The notes: generated by a model not told the origin, from the sequence alone. A stretch of DNA of 62,725 nt, filler included, from Chrysochromulina tobinii (GCA_001275005.1; 5 parts of 5 records of this genome joined end to end with filler, not necessarily neighbours in it), one strand, 5' to 3'. Counted from the whole stretch's first letter, positions 26,944 through 39,400 are shown. Numbers and translations are program-made.

Positions 26944-29382
26944 ATGCCGTCTCCGTTCTCGCTGCTGAGCGAGTCTCCTGCTCGGCGGCGCGCACGGCGC
27001 GCGCAAAAGGCGGGCCAGCAGCCTCCGACGCCGGTCTCGGAGTCGCCGTATGGCACTCCTCGCGACACCGACGTAAAGTACACCGACGGCTCTGATACCC
27101 TGCAATTTCCAGCATCTTTTGCCGACGTCGCCACCTCACCTGCGGTCTCGCCAGCCGCCTCGCCCGATGGCAGAGCCCAGGCGCGGCGGCGGCTGCAAGA
27201 CAAGTCGAGGCATCACTGGGCGGGTGTATCGTCACCCTCTGCCGAGCAAGTACCGCCGCAGGCGCCGCCAAACCACCTGCTTGCAGGCCTGAGCAGCATC
27301 TTTGGTGCGGCCGAGTCGACGACGACGGCGCTCCAGCGCACGCTCGCGGCGGGCCCGTCGGAGGCAATGGTGCTCCAGGCGCTGCGCGAGCTGCCGATGC
27401 ACCGCGCGCTCAACACGTGGCGGAACGGCATCGAGGAGCGGCGCGAGCGTGCGCGCCGCTTCAAGCTCGCCTCCGCCGATGGCGTGCGGCAGTGGATAAG
27501 GCAGTGGCGGCTCGCGCCGAGCTTGATCCTCTGGCAGGCGAACATCAAGGCCGATCAGCAACGCGACGTCGTGCTCCTGCGCATGAGGAAGATCACGGTG
27601 AGGGTAGAGCAGCGCGTGGCGCTCCAGCTCCTCAAGGAGCATGCACTGGACGCCGTCGAGCTGCGCGACCGCGCGCGCCGTGGCCACGCGAGCATGGCAC
27701 CCAAGCGGCGTGCTTTGCGCAAGGGGCTTCGAAAGTGGAGTGAATACATCGCGATGGCCTTCGAGTTCCACAGCCGTGGGCGAGCGAGCGTGATCGCGAT
27801 GCACGTGGACTTCAAGGAGCTCAAGGAGGCAGTGGCAAAGTGGGTCGCCATGGTCGGCGCGCGCCAGGCGCGTGAGGCCAAGGTGAGCCTCTGCTTGCAA
27901 CGGACGTCGCCGGAGAAGCGGGAGATGCTCATGGGGTTTGAGGCGCTCCGAACGCGCGCGCCGGCGTGGGAGCGTGGCGCGGCGCACACGCGCATCTGCC
28001 GCGGCGGCTTCGGGCTGCTGCACGTGGAGCGCGATCGCACGCGCGATGCCGCCATTGGCTCGCCTGCGCTCCATAAGGGCGATCTGTACCATTTCTCGTT
28101 CGCCGTCTTCGGCGGCGGCAGCGGCGTCGTCGTCGGGGTGGCGGACGCGAGCTACCCTATGGCGAGCACCGTCGAGGAGCGCGGCGGTGCATGGGGTCTC
28201 AACCTCTCGCACGGCGCTCTCTATGTCAAGAGGCCAGGCCACGAGAAGGGCGAGCTACATGCACAGCAGCTCATTGCCCTCCCAGCGATCGACCGCTCGC
28301 CGGAGCATAATCTCCAAAATCTCATCGAGATCGAGGTCGAGGTCGACCTCACGTGTGAGCCGTACAGGCTGGGCTTTGGCCTCCCCGATGGACCGATGGT
28401 GCATGCAACGGGCGCCCATTTCGGCTCGTGCACGTCGCTCCGCCCGTGGGCCTATCTGTGGGGAGCCTCCGATGCGATCGTGCTCAAGCCCCGACGGCGG
28501 CCTAGGGCGCCACGGATGGAGCCATGGCAGCCTAGCATCCGGATGCCACTCTCCTTCCGCGTAGGCCAGTCGATCTCAGGTCTCACGTCCACGACGGCAC
28601 TACGGCTGACCATGGCGGCTACCTATGGGGTCGTAAACGGCCCGCCTGTGCGCCCGCCCAGCCGCCGACATCCCCGCGCTGTCACACGGGAGGTGGAGCG
28701 TGCCGTGTCGCGCGAGAAAGCGGCTACGGTCCGCGAGCGCTCAGCGAGGCTGACGCTCGCGGCTGCCAAGGCGGCCGACGACAGAGCGGAGGCGCTGCGG
28801 CTGCAGGCGACGCTTGGGCTCGTGCCGTCGACGGACGACAGCCCACCTCTGCTAACACCGCCGCCGCTCGCCGAGGTCGAGGGCGACGCCTCTGCTATCA
28901 AGCCTACTCCGAGCGTGACGCCGTCGACGACGCTTACCAGCGTCGATGGCGAAGTCGAAGGGGGCAGCAGTGCTGGTCCCGTTCACAGCAGTGGCCCCGT
29001 TCGACCTGTACCGGGCGCTGCCAGCACGGGCGCGTCTACTGCTCGCTCGCCGGTGTCGCGTCGCTCCACGGAGATCTCGAGCACGGGGATCAGCAGCACC
29101 TCGACTGCCACGGAGGCCGCGGGAGACGCGAGCGCCGTCACGAGCGCCGCAGGGCTGTCCATGCTCGCTCTAAGCGGCGAGGATGCAAAGGAGTACACCT
29201 ACTACGACGACCCGCGCCTGAAGCGGCCGCCCGAGCACTCACCTCTGGAAGCCTTCAGCCTGCATGCCATGGAAAAGCGACGGCGGGCGCTCGCGAACAC
29301 CAAACACAAGATCAAGAGCTATCCGTGGGACGTGGTCAGGCGCGTCACCTCTATCTATTCGGACGTGACGCAGCAGCTGTAG
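26944..29382 (+). CDS. Hypothetical protein (W-spaced helical repeats + SPRY-like beta domain)
   Basis: 812-aa ORF; central YHFSFAV..VVVGVAD..WGLNL..IEVEVDL..LRPWAYL resembles SPRY. Confidence 0.6.
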   Translation: MPSPFSLLSESPARRRARRAQKAGQQPPTPVSESPYGTPRDTDVKYTDGSDTLQFPASFADVATSPAVSPAASPDGRAQARRRLQDKSRHHWAGVSSPSAEQVPPQAPPNHLLAGLSSIFGAAESTTTALQRTLAAGPSEAMVLQALRELPMHRALNTWRNGIEERRERARRFKLASADGVRQWIRQWRLAPSLILWQANIKADQQRDVVLLRMRKITVRVEQRVALQLLKEHALDAVELRDRARRGHASMAPKRRALRKGLRKWSEYIAMAFEFHSRGRASVIAMHVDFKELKEAVAKWVAMVGARQAREAKVSLCLQRTSPEKREMLMGFEALRTRAPAWERGAAHTRICRGGFGLLHVERDRTRDAAIGSPALHKGDLYHFSFAVFGGGSGVVVGVADASYPMASTVEERGGAWGLNLSHGALYVKRPGHEKGELHAQQLIALPAIDRSPEHNLQNLIEIEVEVDLTCEPYRLGFGLPDGPMVHATGAHFGSCTSLRPWAYLWGASDAIVLKPRRRPRAPRMEPWQPSIRMPLSFRVGQSISGLTSTTALRLTMAATYGVVNGPPVRPPSRRHPRAVTREVERAVSREKAATVRERSARLTLAAAKAADDRAEALRLQATLGLVPSTDDSPPLLTPPPLAEVEGDASAIKPTPSVTPSTTLTSVDGEVEGGSSAGPVHSSGPVRPVPGAASTGASTARSPVSRRSTEISSTGISSTSTATEAAGDASAVTSAAGLSMLALSGEDAKEYTYYDDPRLKRPPEHSPLEAFSLHAMEKRRRALANTKHKIKSYPWDVVRRVTSIYSDVTQQL

Positions 29383-30259
29383 CGAGCTGCTTAATGTAGC
29401 GAGCTGCTTAAACCAGCGCCTCTCCCGCCACCACAGCGGTCTCCGTATGTTTCGGTCTCCGCGATCTCCGTAATGCGTACAGACCGTCTATTCGGCTGCC
29501 TTCACCGATATTCACCGAGACGGCTCTACCTGTCGCTCTACCTCTACAGCTGTGCCCGTAGGCTACTCGTAGGCCGGTAGCCACTCAATCCGCCCGTGGC
29601 GTGTCCCACGCATTCCTTTGCGTCTCTTCACGCTATTCGTTACTCGAGACCCTGCGAGAGCTGCGTCGTGCGTGGTGTTCGCTCTAGACTGAGATCGGTA
29701 ACTTATAGTAATGTTCCCATATAGCGGGAGTCGAGCAGAGTCGCACGGAGGCTACCGCTCGGACGGGCAGCCCGGATTAGATGTGGTCCTTATTATACGT
29801 TCCTATAGCGTAGCCGGCATGATAAAAATATGCTCACCTCAACTAGATAGACCGCCCGGTCCGCGAAAGCGCGCGCTTACTCTAACGTCGAGTCAGTCAA
29901 CATTGAAGGTGTAGACGCCGGACGCCGCGTCCTCCAGCACTTGAGCCACAGCTGACCTTCGTCCGGTCAGTAGCTTGGGCCTCCCCGCCCTCCTCGGCCT
30001 CCCCAATCATCTCCTCACTGCTCGCCTCGAGCTCGGTGCCGAGCGTGCCCGGCACAGACGTCGCACTCAAGTGCTCACTGGGGGCGGCGGCGGCGCTGAT
30101 CGGCGTCGTGAAGGGCGCATCGCCCTCGCGTGCGCGGCAGAGGCCCCACTGGTGCCGTGACATCTCGGAGAGCAGATCGCATCGTGGACCAGATCGCACA
30201 GCCTTGGACCACAGCCGCCCGCACAGCACCCTCCCGCTGCAGCCGCTTGAGCCGCTTGA

Positions 30260-30293
<34 letters not shown>

Positions 30294-31057
30294 ATGTCAG
30301 CACCGCGTACAATCGCTTAATACAATCGCAATGGCCACGGCGAGCTCTGCTGCGATCAACGGGCAAAGTTGCCTCTGCGCCGCCGCCGCCACCTGCGCGG
30401 CCGCCACCAGCAAGCTTGTGCTAGCGTTGTCAGCGCCGCCGGGCGAAGTGCTATAGGGCGGCTGAAGCGGCTGCAGCGGCACGCGTAGCACGTCGCCGCG
30501 CACTGGCAGGCTCTCGGCGTCGCATATCTCGAGGAGGCATATAGCGGCTGCACCTGGTGGCATGGGCCGCCAAGCAGGAGCGACGGAGGCGGCGCGCCCG
30601 CACCGAGCGCCAGGTTGCAGTGCGTGGGACTGGGCGACCACGTCGCGGTCGGCGTGCGCCGATAGGCGCATGGGACGCGACAAGTTTACGGCCACGAGAC
30701 TGTCAGAGCCGTCGGAGGCATCAGCGCGGCCTCGGCTCAGGATGAGGTAAGGATGAGGTATAGATGAGGTAGGCAATAGGTATACAATAGGTAGGCAACA
30801 CGGTGCCAATGCTGCGCTCGCTGGAGCGTAAGCATCGATGCGAACAGCGAGAGCGCGTGATCGCGCTCGAGAGGGTCCGCGCTCGCGTGCGCCCGCGCGA
30901 TCGCGGCGCGTGAGTCTGACTCGTTGGCACGCTCTTTGCTTTTCAAAATGAGGGTGCCTGGCTGCATCAGCTCGAGAAGCCGGGCACGTGCGGCATCGTC
31001 GAGCACAGCGCAGTAGATCTCGGGATAGCGAGGATTGGTGCGTACCGAGCGGGTAAT

Positions 31058-31585
31058 TCACTCGCGGTCCAGCACGTCCAGCTGCACGAGCCATGGAGCC
31101 AAAGAGCCACATCTCTTCCTTTTGCAGATCTCACAGGTGCGGCTCGAATGACTCTTCCGCTTCTGCCACCTCGCAAGGCACTCGCGGTGTACGAGGCGTG
31201 CCGAGCCGATGCACTCGCACGGAGCGATGAGCCCATCGTCCGTGTCGAGGCAGGACGCAGGAGCGGCACTGGCCGTGGAAAGTTGGCATTGGGGACGGAC
31301 AGGAGCGAGATACTTTTCATTTGCAAACCCGCATGCAAATGTGCTGAAAATGTTGCAGCTTGGGAAAGGAGAACATCTCGCACGCTGAGTGAGTACGCGC
31401 ACACGTGACGCGAGTTGTGTGTTCACAGCGTCGAAACGCTCTCTGTGCTCTTCTCCGAAGCTCGCGAGCAACGCAATGTCTGACGACGAGGTCGTTGACC
31501 CCAAGCTTTCCGCGAGTGCCAAGTGCTTGGCGACCGAGTCGTGCGCAAAGCTGCTGGTGGGCGGCGGCGCGCGCATCGATATCAC
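31058..31585 (-). CDS. RING-CH (MARCH-type) zinc finger protein, part of a multi-exon gene
   Basis: LIAPCECIGSARLVHRECLARW...TCEICK; exon structure not resolved. Confidence 0.7.
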   Translation of the reverse strand: MISMRAPPPTSSFAHDSVAKHLALAESLGSTTSSSDIALLASFGEEHRERFDAVNTQLASRVRVLTQRARCSPFPSCNIFSTFACGFANEKYLAPVRPQCQLSTASAAPASCLDTDDGLIAPCECIGSARLVHRECLARWQKRKSHSSRTCEICKRKRCGSLAPWLVQLDVLDRE

Positions 31586-32390
31586 CGTGATTCAAGCCTT
31601 GCAATCTCACACGCACTTCCCTCCCTCAGGTTGAGTATGAGCGCTGCTCGGCTCGGATAGAGGCCAAGGGCACGGGCCAGTGCGCCGGCCAGTACATGGA
31701 TTACATCCAATGCGTGGTGCGTTCTCGCGCCTCGCCTGCCTTTGTCTCGCAGGCGGCGTCCCCAGCTGATGTGTTGCGCATGCGTTTGTGGCCACAGGAC
31801 AAGTGTGCATCCGCAGCTATCTTCAAGCAGCTGAAGTGAGCGCATGGTCGCGCAACCGATATTCAGAGCACGTGTCAAGCAGGACGCCGTCGTCCCTGCG
31901 CCCTCTCCTCGCGAGTAGCGTGGCCTCGGTGGGCCCGGTGCGACTCGCGCAAGAGAGATGAGGTGGTCTGACCTTTTGAGCTCTGAAGTGAATGTGTTTT
32001 TAAGAAGTCGTAGACAGTACGAGTACACATGTGCACTCAATGTTAGTAACGCCCACTATTGTAAGCGGCGGCAACGACTCATGAGACGGCCTCTGATGCT
32101 CTCGTCTGGATTTTATTCTTCTCTCGACACTCGAGTATAGATTACACATATAACAGTTATGAGTTAACGCCAGCCGCCTGATCCGGTTTAAAGTCTTTTA
32201 GCGAACAGGCGTCCCCGTCTCGGCACTCGCGCTCTATCACCCGCGCGCGCACTCGGGTCTCGTCTTCGCATACTTTAACTCCACACCGTGTACGACGCCA
32301 TCGGCCGCGGTCCCGACACCCATCCATATCTCACGCTTGGGTCATCATGCTGAGGAGCCTAACGGACTGACTGAGACTCTCGTAAAATCC

Positions 32391-32994
32391 TCATGACCTG
32401 GGGCTGCACCGGCTGCACCACGACGCCGCCTGGCAGCGCAGCGCGCCGCGCGCGATCGCCTCCTCGTCGCCGCGCGAGCAGTGGCCGCTGTGCGCGCTGC
32501 TCTGCAGCAGCCGGGTCACCGGGTGGATCTCGCAGCCGATGGTGCCGTCCGCCCCCTGCTCCCCGGTGCTGAAGATGACGCGCTGCACGCCGAAGGCTTC
32601 GAGCGTGCGCAGGCAGCGCATGCACGGTTGGGAGAGGCCAAACCGGCCGGCGGGATCGCGTTGCGCCGTGCCCTGGAGCTGGCGCCCCTCGGGGAGCACA
32701 CGCACCACGTACAGGTCGCAGTGGCGTAGGCTATTCTTGCGCCGCTTCGGGTGATCATAATTGTAAGCTTGAGCCTTGTAAAACCCACGGAACGGCGACC
32801 ACAGCCGCCACCTCCGAGTGAAGCGAGGTCGCGTTCGCCGCGCCGGGGACCGAGGTGTTGCGCGAGCGCGCCGAGTTGTGGCCGACGCCGAGCACCTTGC
32901 CGCCGCGCACGAGCAGGGCGCCGTGCTTCGTTGTCTCAGATGATTGCTCTGCCTCGACGGCAGCAAGCGCCAAAAAGCGCTGATGGCGGCACAT
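32391..32994 (-). CDS. Zinc-dependent cytidine/dCMP deaminase-fold protein split over two frames
   Basis: KHGALLVRGGKVLGVGHN and SLHSEVAAV in one frame; DLYVVR and SQPCMRCL..GVQRVIFS in the +1 frame. Confidence 0.8.
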
Positions 32995-33291
32995 CTGCCG
33001 CGCGGTGGCCGGGGATGGGTGAGGGTGGATGAGGGGCTCAGTGGCACGAGCAGCGATCACGGGCGGGCTGTTGCGTGGGCGCGCATCGTCGGCGTACGAT
33101 TGCTGCTCGGTCTCCGGTTGATGGATCAATGCAGATGCGACACTGTGTGATGCGACACGATGCGACCGCAACCGATGGATCGAGCTTCCCTAATAACCTA
33201 GTGGCCTACGGCGTCCTCCGACTAGCAGGGAAGTTTTGCAGGTCGTGGAAATTTGGATTACGCAATGTGGTCGGAAGAGTAGCGACCGTCC

Positions 33292-36132
33292 ATGCAGCGG
33301 GGTGCTTCGAGCGGGAGCTTGAGCGCCCGCGGACCGCCTCGCAACGGTGCTGCAACGCCGCCGCAGCTCGGCAAGCCGTCTTCGTCCGCGTCGCAGCAGC
33401 AGTGTCACTCGGCTCGCGCCAACGTGGGCTCCACTCCGACGCGTCGGTCGGACTTGCTGCTGCTGCCGTCCGAAGTCGCACGCAGCAACGAGCGCGATCT
33501 CAGCACGTCCCCAAACGCGCGGGCCAAGCAGTCGAAGCGGACGGCTCCTGAGCTCACCGCCAAGCGGCAGTCGTACACGCCGCCGCCTGCGGGCGTGCCA
33601 GTGGCCACGCGCAGGTGCAACCAGACGTGTCGCGTGATGGTGATGACGGCCGTCGGCGTGGGTGCCGGCTACTGGGCGCGGCTGCTGCAGGAGACGCCCG
33701 CGTGCGCGACGTCGTCAGGCACGGTGGCCCAGATGCTGAGCAGCGCCCAGAGCTTGAGTGCGTCGCTCATCGCGTGGGGCATGGACGATCACGGCGCAGA
33801 CGCGTGCAAGGACGGGCTACTCCTCGCCGGCCCGACGCCCTCGCCACTGAACGTCGCCATCTTCATGCTCGCCCTGCTCTGGGCGTTTCTGGGCGTCATG
33901 ATCGCCGCGGACGCGTTCATGGTCGCGATCGAGCGCATCACCTCGCAGGAAACCAAGGTGATGCGCAAGGTCAATGGGCAGCCAAAGGAGTTCACGGTGC
34001 TCGTGTGGAACGCGACGGTCGCCAACCTGACGTTGATGGCGCTCGGCTCCTCCGCGCCCGAGATACTGCTCTCCACCATCGAGATCGTGAGCTCGGGCTT
34101 TTACGCGGGTGAGCTTGGGCCGTCGACGATCGTGGGCTCCGCCGCATACAACCTCATGATCATCTCGGCCGTGTGCGTGACTTCGCTGCCGCCGGGCGAG
34201 CGCAAGAAGATCAACGACCTCGGCGTCTTCGCGCTCACCGCCGTCTTCTCGCTCTTTGCGTATGTGTGGCTCCTCATCATTCTCCAGGTCTCCTCACCGA
34301 ACATCATCGAGCTGTGGGAAGGTGGGGTGACCTTCTTCTTCTTCCCCCTGCTCGTGGGGCTCGCGTATCTCGCCGACGTGGGCGTCTTCAAGTGCATCGG
34401 CATCTGCGCTGGCGCCGGTGGCGCGGGCGCCTCGTCGGGCGAGGTGGTGGCGCTCAGCCACGAAGGTAAGGAGATCCTGCTCGACAAGGCGATGGATATC
34501 ATCATCAGGGCCGGCGATGCGGACGCTGCCGCCGAGGATCTCGCCGCGATGCTCGCGAAGAAGAAGACGCGCGCCCTCTATCGCGTGAGCGCGAGCCGCT
34601 CGGCCACGATGGGGCGCCTACCCGTCGGGCAGGGGAAAGCCTTGATCTCGCAATTCGAGGACGGCCGGCCGGCGACCTTTCAGTTCCGCCACAGCCTCCT
34701 CACGTTGCCGCCCGGCCAGAAATGGGTAGATGTTCACGTCGATCGGAGCGGCAGCCTCGAACTGCCGTGCTCCGTGCGCTTTCGCTCTGTCGGCCAATCG
34801 GGCGGCGGCGAGGCGCGCTCCGAGGGCGCGATCGAGTTCGCGCCGGGGCAGGCGGAGAGCTATGTGCGCATGACGGTACTCGACTCCGAGTCCGCCTTTT
34901 ATGTCGTCCTGGTCGAGCCGAGCCCCGGCGCCGTCGTGGGCGCGCAGTGGAACTGCGCGGTGCTCGTCGAGCACGCGCACTCGGCGGGCGTGCTCAAGTT
35001 TGAGCACGAGCGCATGTCGATTAAGGAGAGCGAAGGCGTGCTCTGGGTGACAGTCAAGCGTGTGGGCGGCAGCACGGGCAAGATCAAGTTCACGCTGCGC
35101 ACGAAGGACTTGAGCGCCGTGGCGGGCGCCGACTACGTCGCGGTCGACCACGAGGTGTTCATGGCGTCCGGGCAGACGGAGCACACCTTCCCCGTGCACG
35201 TCTTCGATGACGACGTGTTTGAGCAAGAGGAGACGTTTCAGATCATCCTGTCGGACCCGCAGGGCGGCGCCACGTTCGACCCGACCACCGACGGCGGGGG
35301 CGAGCAGGCGATCGCGACCGTTACGATCATCTCGGACGAGGTGGTGCGCCGCAGGGTGGACGAGATCGCGTCCCTCGTACACCTGAACGCGCACGACCTC
35401 GGCGCCTCGAGGATGTCCTGGGCGAAGCAGTTCCGGGAGGCCTTCGAGTACGAGGGATCGCCCACGTGCGCCGGCGTGTCGGTGTACCTCCTCGCCCTGC
35501 CATGGAAGGTGCTCCTCGCATTCACGCCGCCCGTGCGCCTATGGAACGGCTGGCTGGCCTTCTCGGCGGCGCTCGGCTTCATTGGCATCCTGACCGCCGT
35601 CATCGGCGACCTCGCCACCCACCTGGGCTGCACCATGGGTTTGCTCCCCTCCATCACCGCCATCACCTTCATCGCGATGGGCACCTCTCTGCCCGACACC
35701 TTCGCGTCTCGGACGGCCGCCATGCAAGAGCCGTGCGCCGACTCGTCGATTGGCAATATCACCGGCTCGAATAGCGTCAACGTCTTCTTCGGCCTCGGGC
35801 TCCCTTGGGCGCTCGCCGCCTTCTATTGGCGATGGGCGTACTCGGCCGACGCAGAAGCGACGTGGCGCGCGCGGTTCGCGGATGCACCGTGGTACTCGGC
35901 CGACATGCCCGTCGCCTTCGTCGTCGAGGCTGCCGAACTCGGCTTCTCAGTGCTCGTCTTCTCTCTGACCGCTCTCCCCTGCCTTGGCGTCCTCGTGCTG
36001 CGCCGCGCCGTCAGCGGCTACGAGCTGGGCGGCGACTCCAGATGGGCGTGGCTCACAGCCATCTTCTTCGTCCTGCTCTGGATGATCTACATTGGCATGT
36101 CGGTCGCATTCACGTATGGCTACTTTGAGTGA
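33292..36132 (+). CDS. NCX: Na+/Ca2+ exchanger (NCX/SLC8 family) with Calx-beta domains
   Basis: WNATVANLTLMALGSSAPE, GPSTIVGSAAYNL, Calx-beta (AVAGADY, DDDVFEQEETF), GTSLPDTFAS, GNITGSNSVNVF. True start may be downstream. Confidence 0.93.
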   Translation: MQRGASSGSLSARGPPRNGAATPPQLGKPSSSASQQQCHSARANVGSTPTRRSDLLLLPSEVARSNERDLSTSPNARAKQSKRTAPELTAKRQSYTPPPAGVPVATRRCNQTCRVMVMTAVGVGAGYWARLLQETPACATSSGTVAQMLSSAQSLSASLIAWGMDDHGADACKDGLLLAGPTPSPLNVAIFMLALLWAFLGVMIAADAFMVAIERITSQETKVMRKVNGQPKEFTVLVWNATVANLTLMALGSSAPEILLSTIEIVSSGFYAGELGPSTIVGSAAYNLMIISAVCVTSLPPGERKKINDLGVFALTAVFSLFAYVWLLIILQVSSPNIIELWEGGVTFFFFPLLVGLAYLADVGVFKCIGICAGAGGAGASSGEVVALSHEGKEILLDKAMDIIIRAGDADAAAEDLAAMLAKKKTRALYRVSASRSATMGRLPVGQGKALISQFEDGRPATFQFRHSLLTLPPGQKWVDVHVDRSGSLELPCSVRFRSVGQSGGGEARSEGAIEFAPGQAESYVRMTVLDSESAFYVVLVEPSPGAVVGAQWNCAVLVEHAHSAGVLKFEHERMSIKESEGVLWVTVKRVGGSTGKIKFTLRTKDLSAVAGADYVAVDHEVFMASGQTEHTFPVHVFDDDVFEQEETFQIILSDPQGGATFDPTTDGGGEQAIATVTIISDEVVRRRVDEIASLVHLNAHDLGASRMSWAKQFREAFEYEGSPTCAGVSVYLLALPWKVLLAFTPPVRLWNGWLAFSAALGFIGILTAVIGDLATHLGCTMGLLPSITAITFIAMGTSLPDTFASRTAAMQEPCADSSIGNITGSNSVNVFFGLGLPWALAAFYWRWAYSADAEATWRARFADAPWYSADMPVAFVVEAAELGFSVLVFSLTALPCLGVLVLRRAVSGYELGGDSRWAWLTAIFFVLLWMIYIGMSVAFTYGYFE

Positions 36133-36446
36133 GCCCTCCTCGCACGCATCCCTTCAAAGTCCACCCGCGGCAGATGTGGACTCGGTGGCGGCGCACGATC
36201 GGATTGGCTGTGCGAAATGATCGCGCGGGCGATTTTTGAAGGAATCGTTCCGATGCGGCCACGCGCCGCCCTTGGGCGCCGATGATGAAGCTTTCAGTAG
36301 CTTTGGGTACCCAATACAAGAACCGGGTCGAGTTCAGTAGAGCAGAAGTACGGTAGGCCAAATCTTTTCGACAAATCTTCTACCGCTGGGCCGGCGCTCG
36401 AGCGCGTCGTGGACGTGGTCCGCGAGCGGAGGCCGGAGCGCTGTCT

Positions 36447-39400
36447 ATGCGTCCTAACAAAGGCGAGGAGACGCACCAAGAAGTCGAGTGCGCGGCCGCG
36501 CGCCTCCTCCGGTCCTGGCGCCGCGGTCCTAGCGGTGGGCTCAAAAAACCAAAGGAACCACATTCACAGACGGAGGACCGTGAACGCGACGGCGCGGCGG
36601 CGGGCGCGGCGCCTGGCGTCGAGACGAGTCGGGGCATGGAAGCCAAGCAACCCGCAGCCGGTGGCTCAGCCGGAGGCCTTTTGGGGGGGATGGGAGACAC
36701 CCCCTCAGCGAGCGTGAGTCTCCCAGAGCTCATTCGCGCCATCCGCGGCCAAATCCCGAACGAGAAGTGTGACCTGCTCGAAGACCTCGTCCAGAAGCTG
36801 CAGAAACGTGAGCTCCGGCTCAACAGGCAGGAATTTTTGCACCGCGTCAAGGACATTGCTGGCGACGATGCCCCAGCATTGCGCATGGCTCTGAAGCAGC
36901 TTGCCGTCGATCGCCGCGCGCCCGATCCGCAGCCGTCATCGCTCGGCAGCGGATCCGCAGGTGTCCTGCCCTCGGCCACCGGTGCACCGCCCGCGCCCGC
37001 GCCCGCAGCAGCCGTGCCTGATGCCACCGATGCGCCGGATGGTCCTCTGGATGGTGCGCAGCAGACGGGGCCATTAGGGGGGCAAGGCGAGATGGCCCGC
37101 GCGCCGGCGGCGTCCGCTTCGCAGCCGACGAATGTCGGAGCTCATCTCGGGATGGGGGGTGGGGATGCTCGCGCCGGGGATGCACCTCGAGGTGCGGACG
37201 CGACGAACGCAGCCTGTGCTGGGTTGCCGAGCGCGCCGAGTTCGGCCTCGGCCTTGGCGCCAGCCGCGCAGCAGCAGCAGCAGCAGCAGCGCCTCGAGGT
37301 GGCGGCAGCCGCCGTGCTCGTGCACGCTGCCGGTTGCATGGACCAAACTTGCAAGGTGCCGCACTGCAACAAGATGAGGAAGATCCACACACACTTCCTC
37401 GAGTGCAACACTGCCGACTGCGCGATTTGCAAGAAGCTGAAGCCACTCACGTACATTCACGCCAAGCATTGCGTGTCCGCACCCGGCGAGCAGTGCGTCA
37501 TCCCGTACTGTGCGCGTGCGAAGAAGGAGCTGCACTTGCTGGTGCAGCGGCGAGGTGGCGTCAGCGGGGCGGATGAGCTACGGCTGGCGGGCTCGTCCAG
37601 CGGCGTTGTTGGTGGTGGACGGCCGGCAATGGGCGACGGCTTCTCGGCACCCGCATCTTTGACCCATTCGACCGGGATGCCGAGCGGGATCGTCTCCTCG
37701 GGCATGGCTCTCGAGTCGATGAACACGCACTCGCAAGCGCACTACCTGCTGGTTCTGGCGCATGTGATGAAATGTCCGTCCGCCAACTGCACTGTACCCG
37801 AGTGCGCACCGACCAAGGCGCTCGTGACGAACCACACGCGCTCGTGCCGGGCTGGGGACGCGTGCGCCTACCCGCGCTGCGCCCTCTCCAAACGTCTGAT
37901 GCGCCATCACCGCGAGTGCCCGGACCAGATGTGCTCCATCTGCTTGCCGTTGCGCCGACGCCTCGCCGCAGCAAAGATTGGGGTCGCGGCCGCAGCGCAG
38001 CCCGATCCGAACCAGCAGCCGAAGCGCAAGCCCACGAAGCGGAAGAAGGAGGACAGGGACGACGATGACATGGCGAGCGGCGATCCGAAGCGCAAGCGCA
38101 AGGAGGGGGAAGCGGGCGGGCAGCTGGATGCACGGGTAGTTTCGAGGAAGAGAGCGGCCGCCCCGGCGGCGGCGCAAGAGGCGCAGGAGGCTCAGATGGC
38201 GGGCGGCGGAGACGACCTGCTCGAGTCGGGCTTCTGCGTCTCGGTCCTCTTTGCCTCGGGTAAACGGGCTCTCCCCGGCGTCCTCGGCGAGGAGTCACGT
38301 GGTGACTGGCGCTCTGGCATCGTCATGCGGGCCCACAAGTCCGCGAATGATGACGAGATGGTGTACGACATCATGATGGCAGAGGGCAAGGAGGAGAAGT
38401 CGGTCCCCCATTCTCGATGCCGGATGGTGTGCCACATCTGCTTGACCGACAAGCGCACCTTCCGCCCCCCCTCCATGTATTGCGAAAAGTGCTTCACCGC
38501 CATCCATCAGCGTTGGAGCTACTGGGAAGAGGGCGGCGACGAAGGCGGGCTCAAGCTGTGCAAACGGTGCTACGCGGACATCAAGGCCTCCGCGAAGCCC
38601 AACCGCGTCCTCGCTGACCTGGCACATCGCAACAACCTGCAAATCGACAACTTCATCGAGAAGAAAGAGAAGGACCGCCCGGAGTACGTGGACAATTGGG
38701 TACAGTGCGACGAGTGCCATGCTTGGATGCATTGGACGTGCGGCCTGTACAAAGGCGAGGACACGCCGGACGACTGCTTGTTTTTCTGCGACACCTGCCG
38801 GCTCACCCGAGGCAAGGCGCTCGCCCCGGAGCTCACGGTGCCCTCCTCCGCGGAGCTGGCCGAGAATGCGCTCTCGCAAGCCCTGCAGGCGAAGCTGCAC
38901 AAGGAGTTGAGCGGACTTGGGGTGACGTGCAACCCCGTCACCGTCCGCGTCGTGTCTAACGTCGAGACGGTGACCAAGTTTGACAAGGAGCAGGCGCCAG
39001 GCGGCGCGATCAAAGGCGCCGGCGAACAGGTTGTCATCGGCAAGACCTTCCCGTACCGCTCCAAGTGCATCCTCGCGTTCCAGCACGTCGAGGGGCACGA
39101 GGTGTGTTTCTTCTCGATGTACGTGCAGGAGTACGGCTCGGACTGCCCTGAGCCCAACGCCAACCGCGTGTACATCTCTTACCTCGACTCGGTGCGATAC
39201 TTCAAGTCACAGCCAGAGGGCCATCGCACAACGGTCTACCACTCCATTCTGGTCAACTACCTGGCGTACGTGCGCGAGCTGGGGTTCACGCACGCGCACA
39301 TCTGGGTCTCGCCCCCCAAGCAAGGCGATGACTTCATCTTCTACGCTCACCCGGAGACCATGGTGCAAAAGCGCATGGGCCTGCTGAAGCTCAAGGAGTG

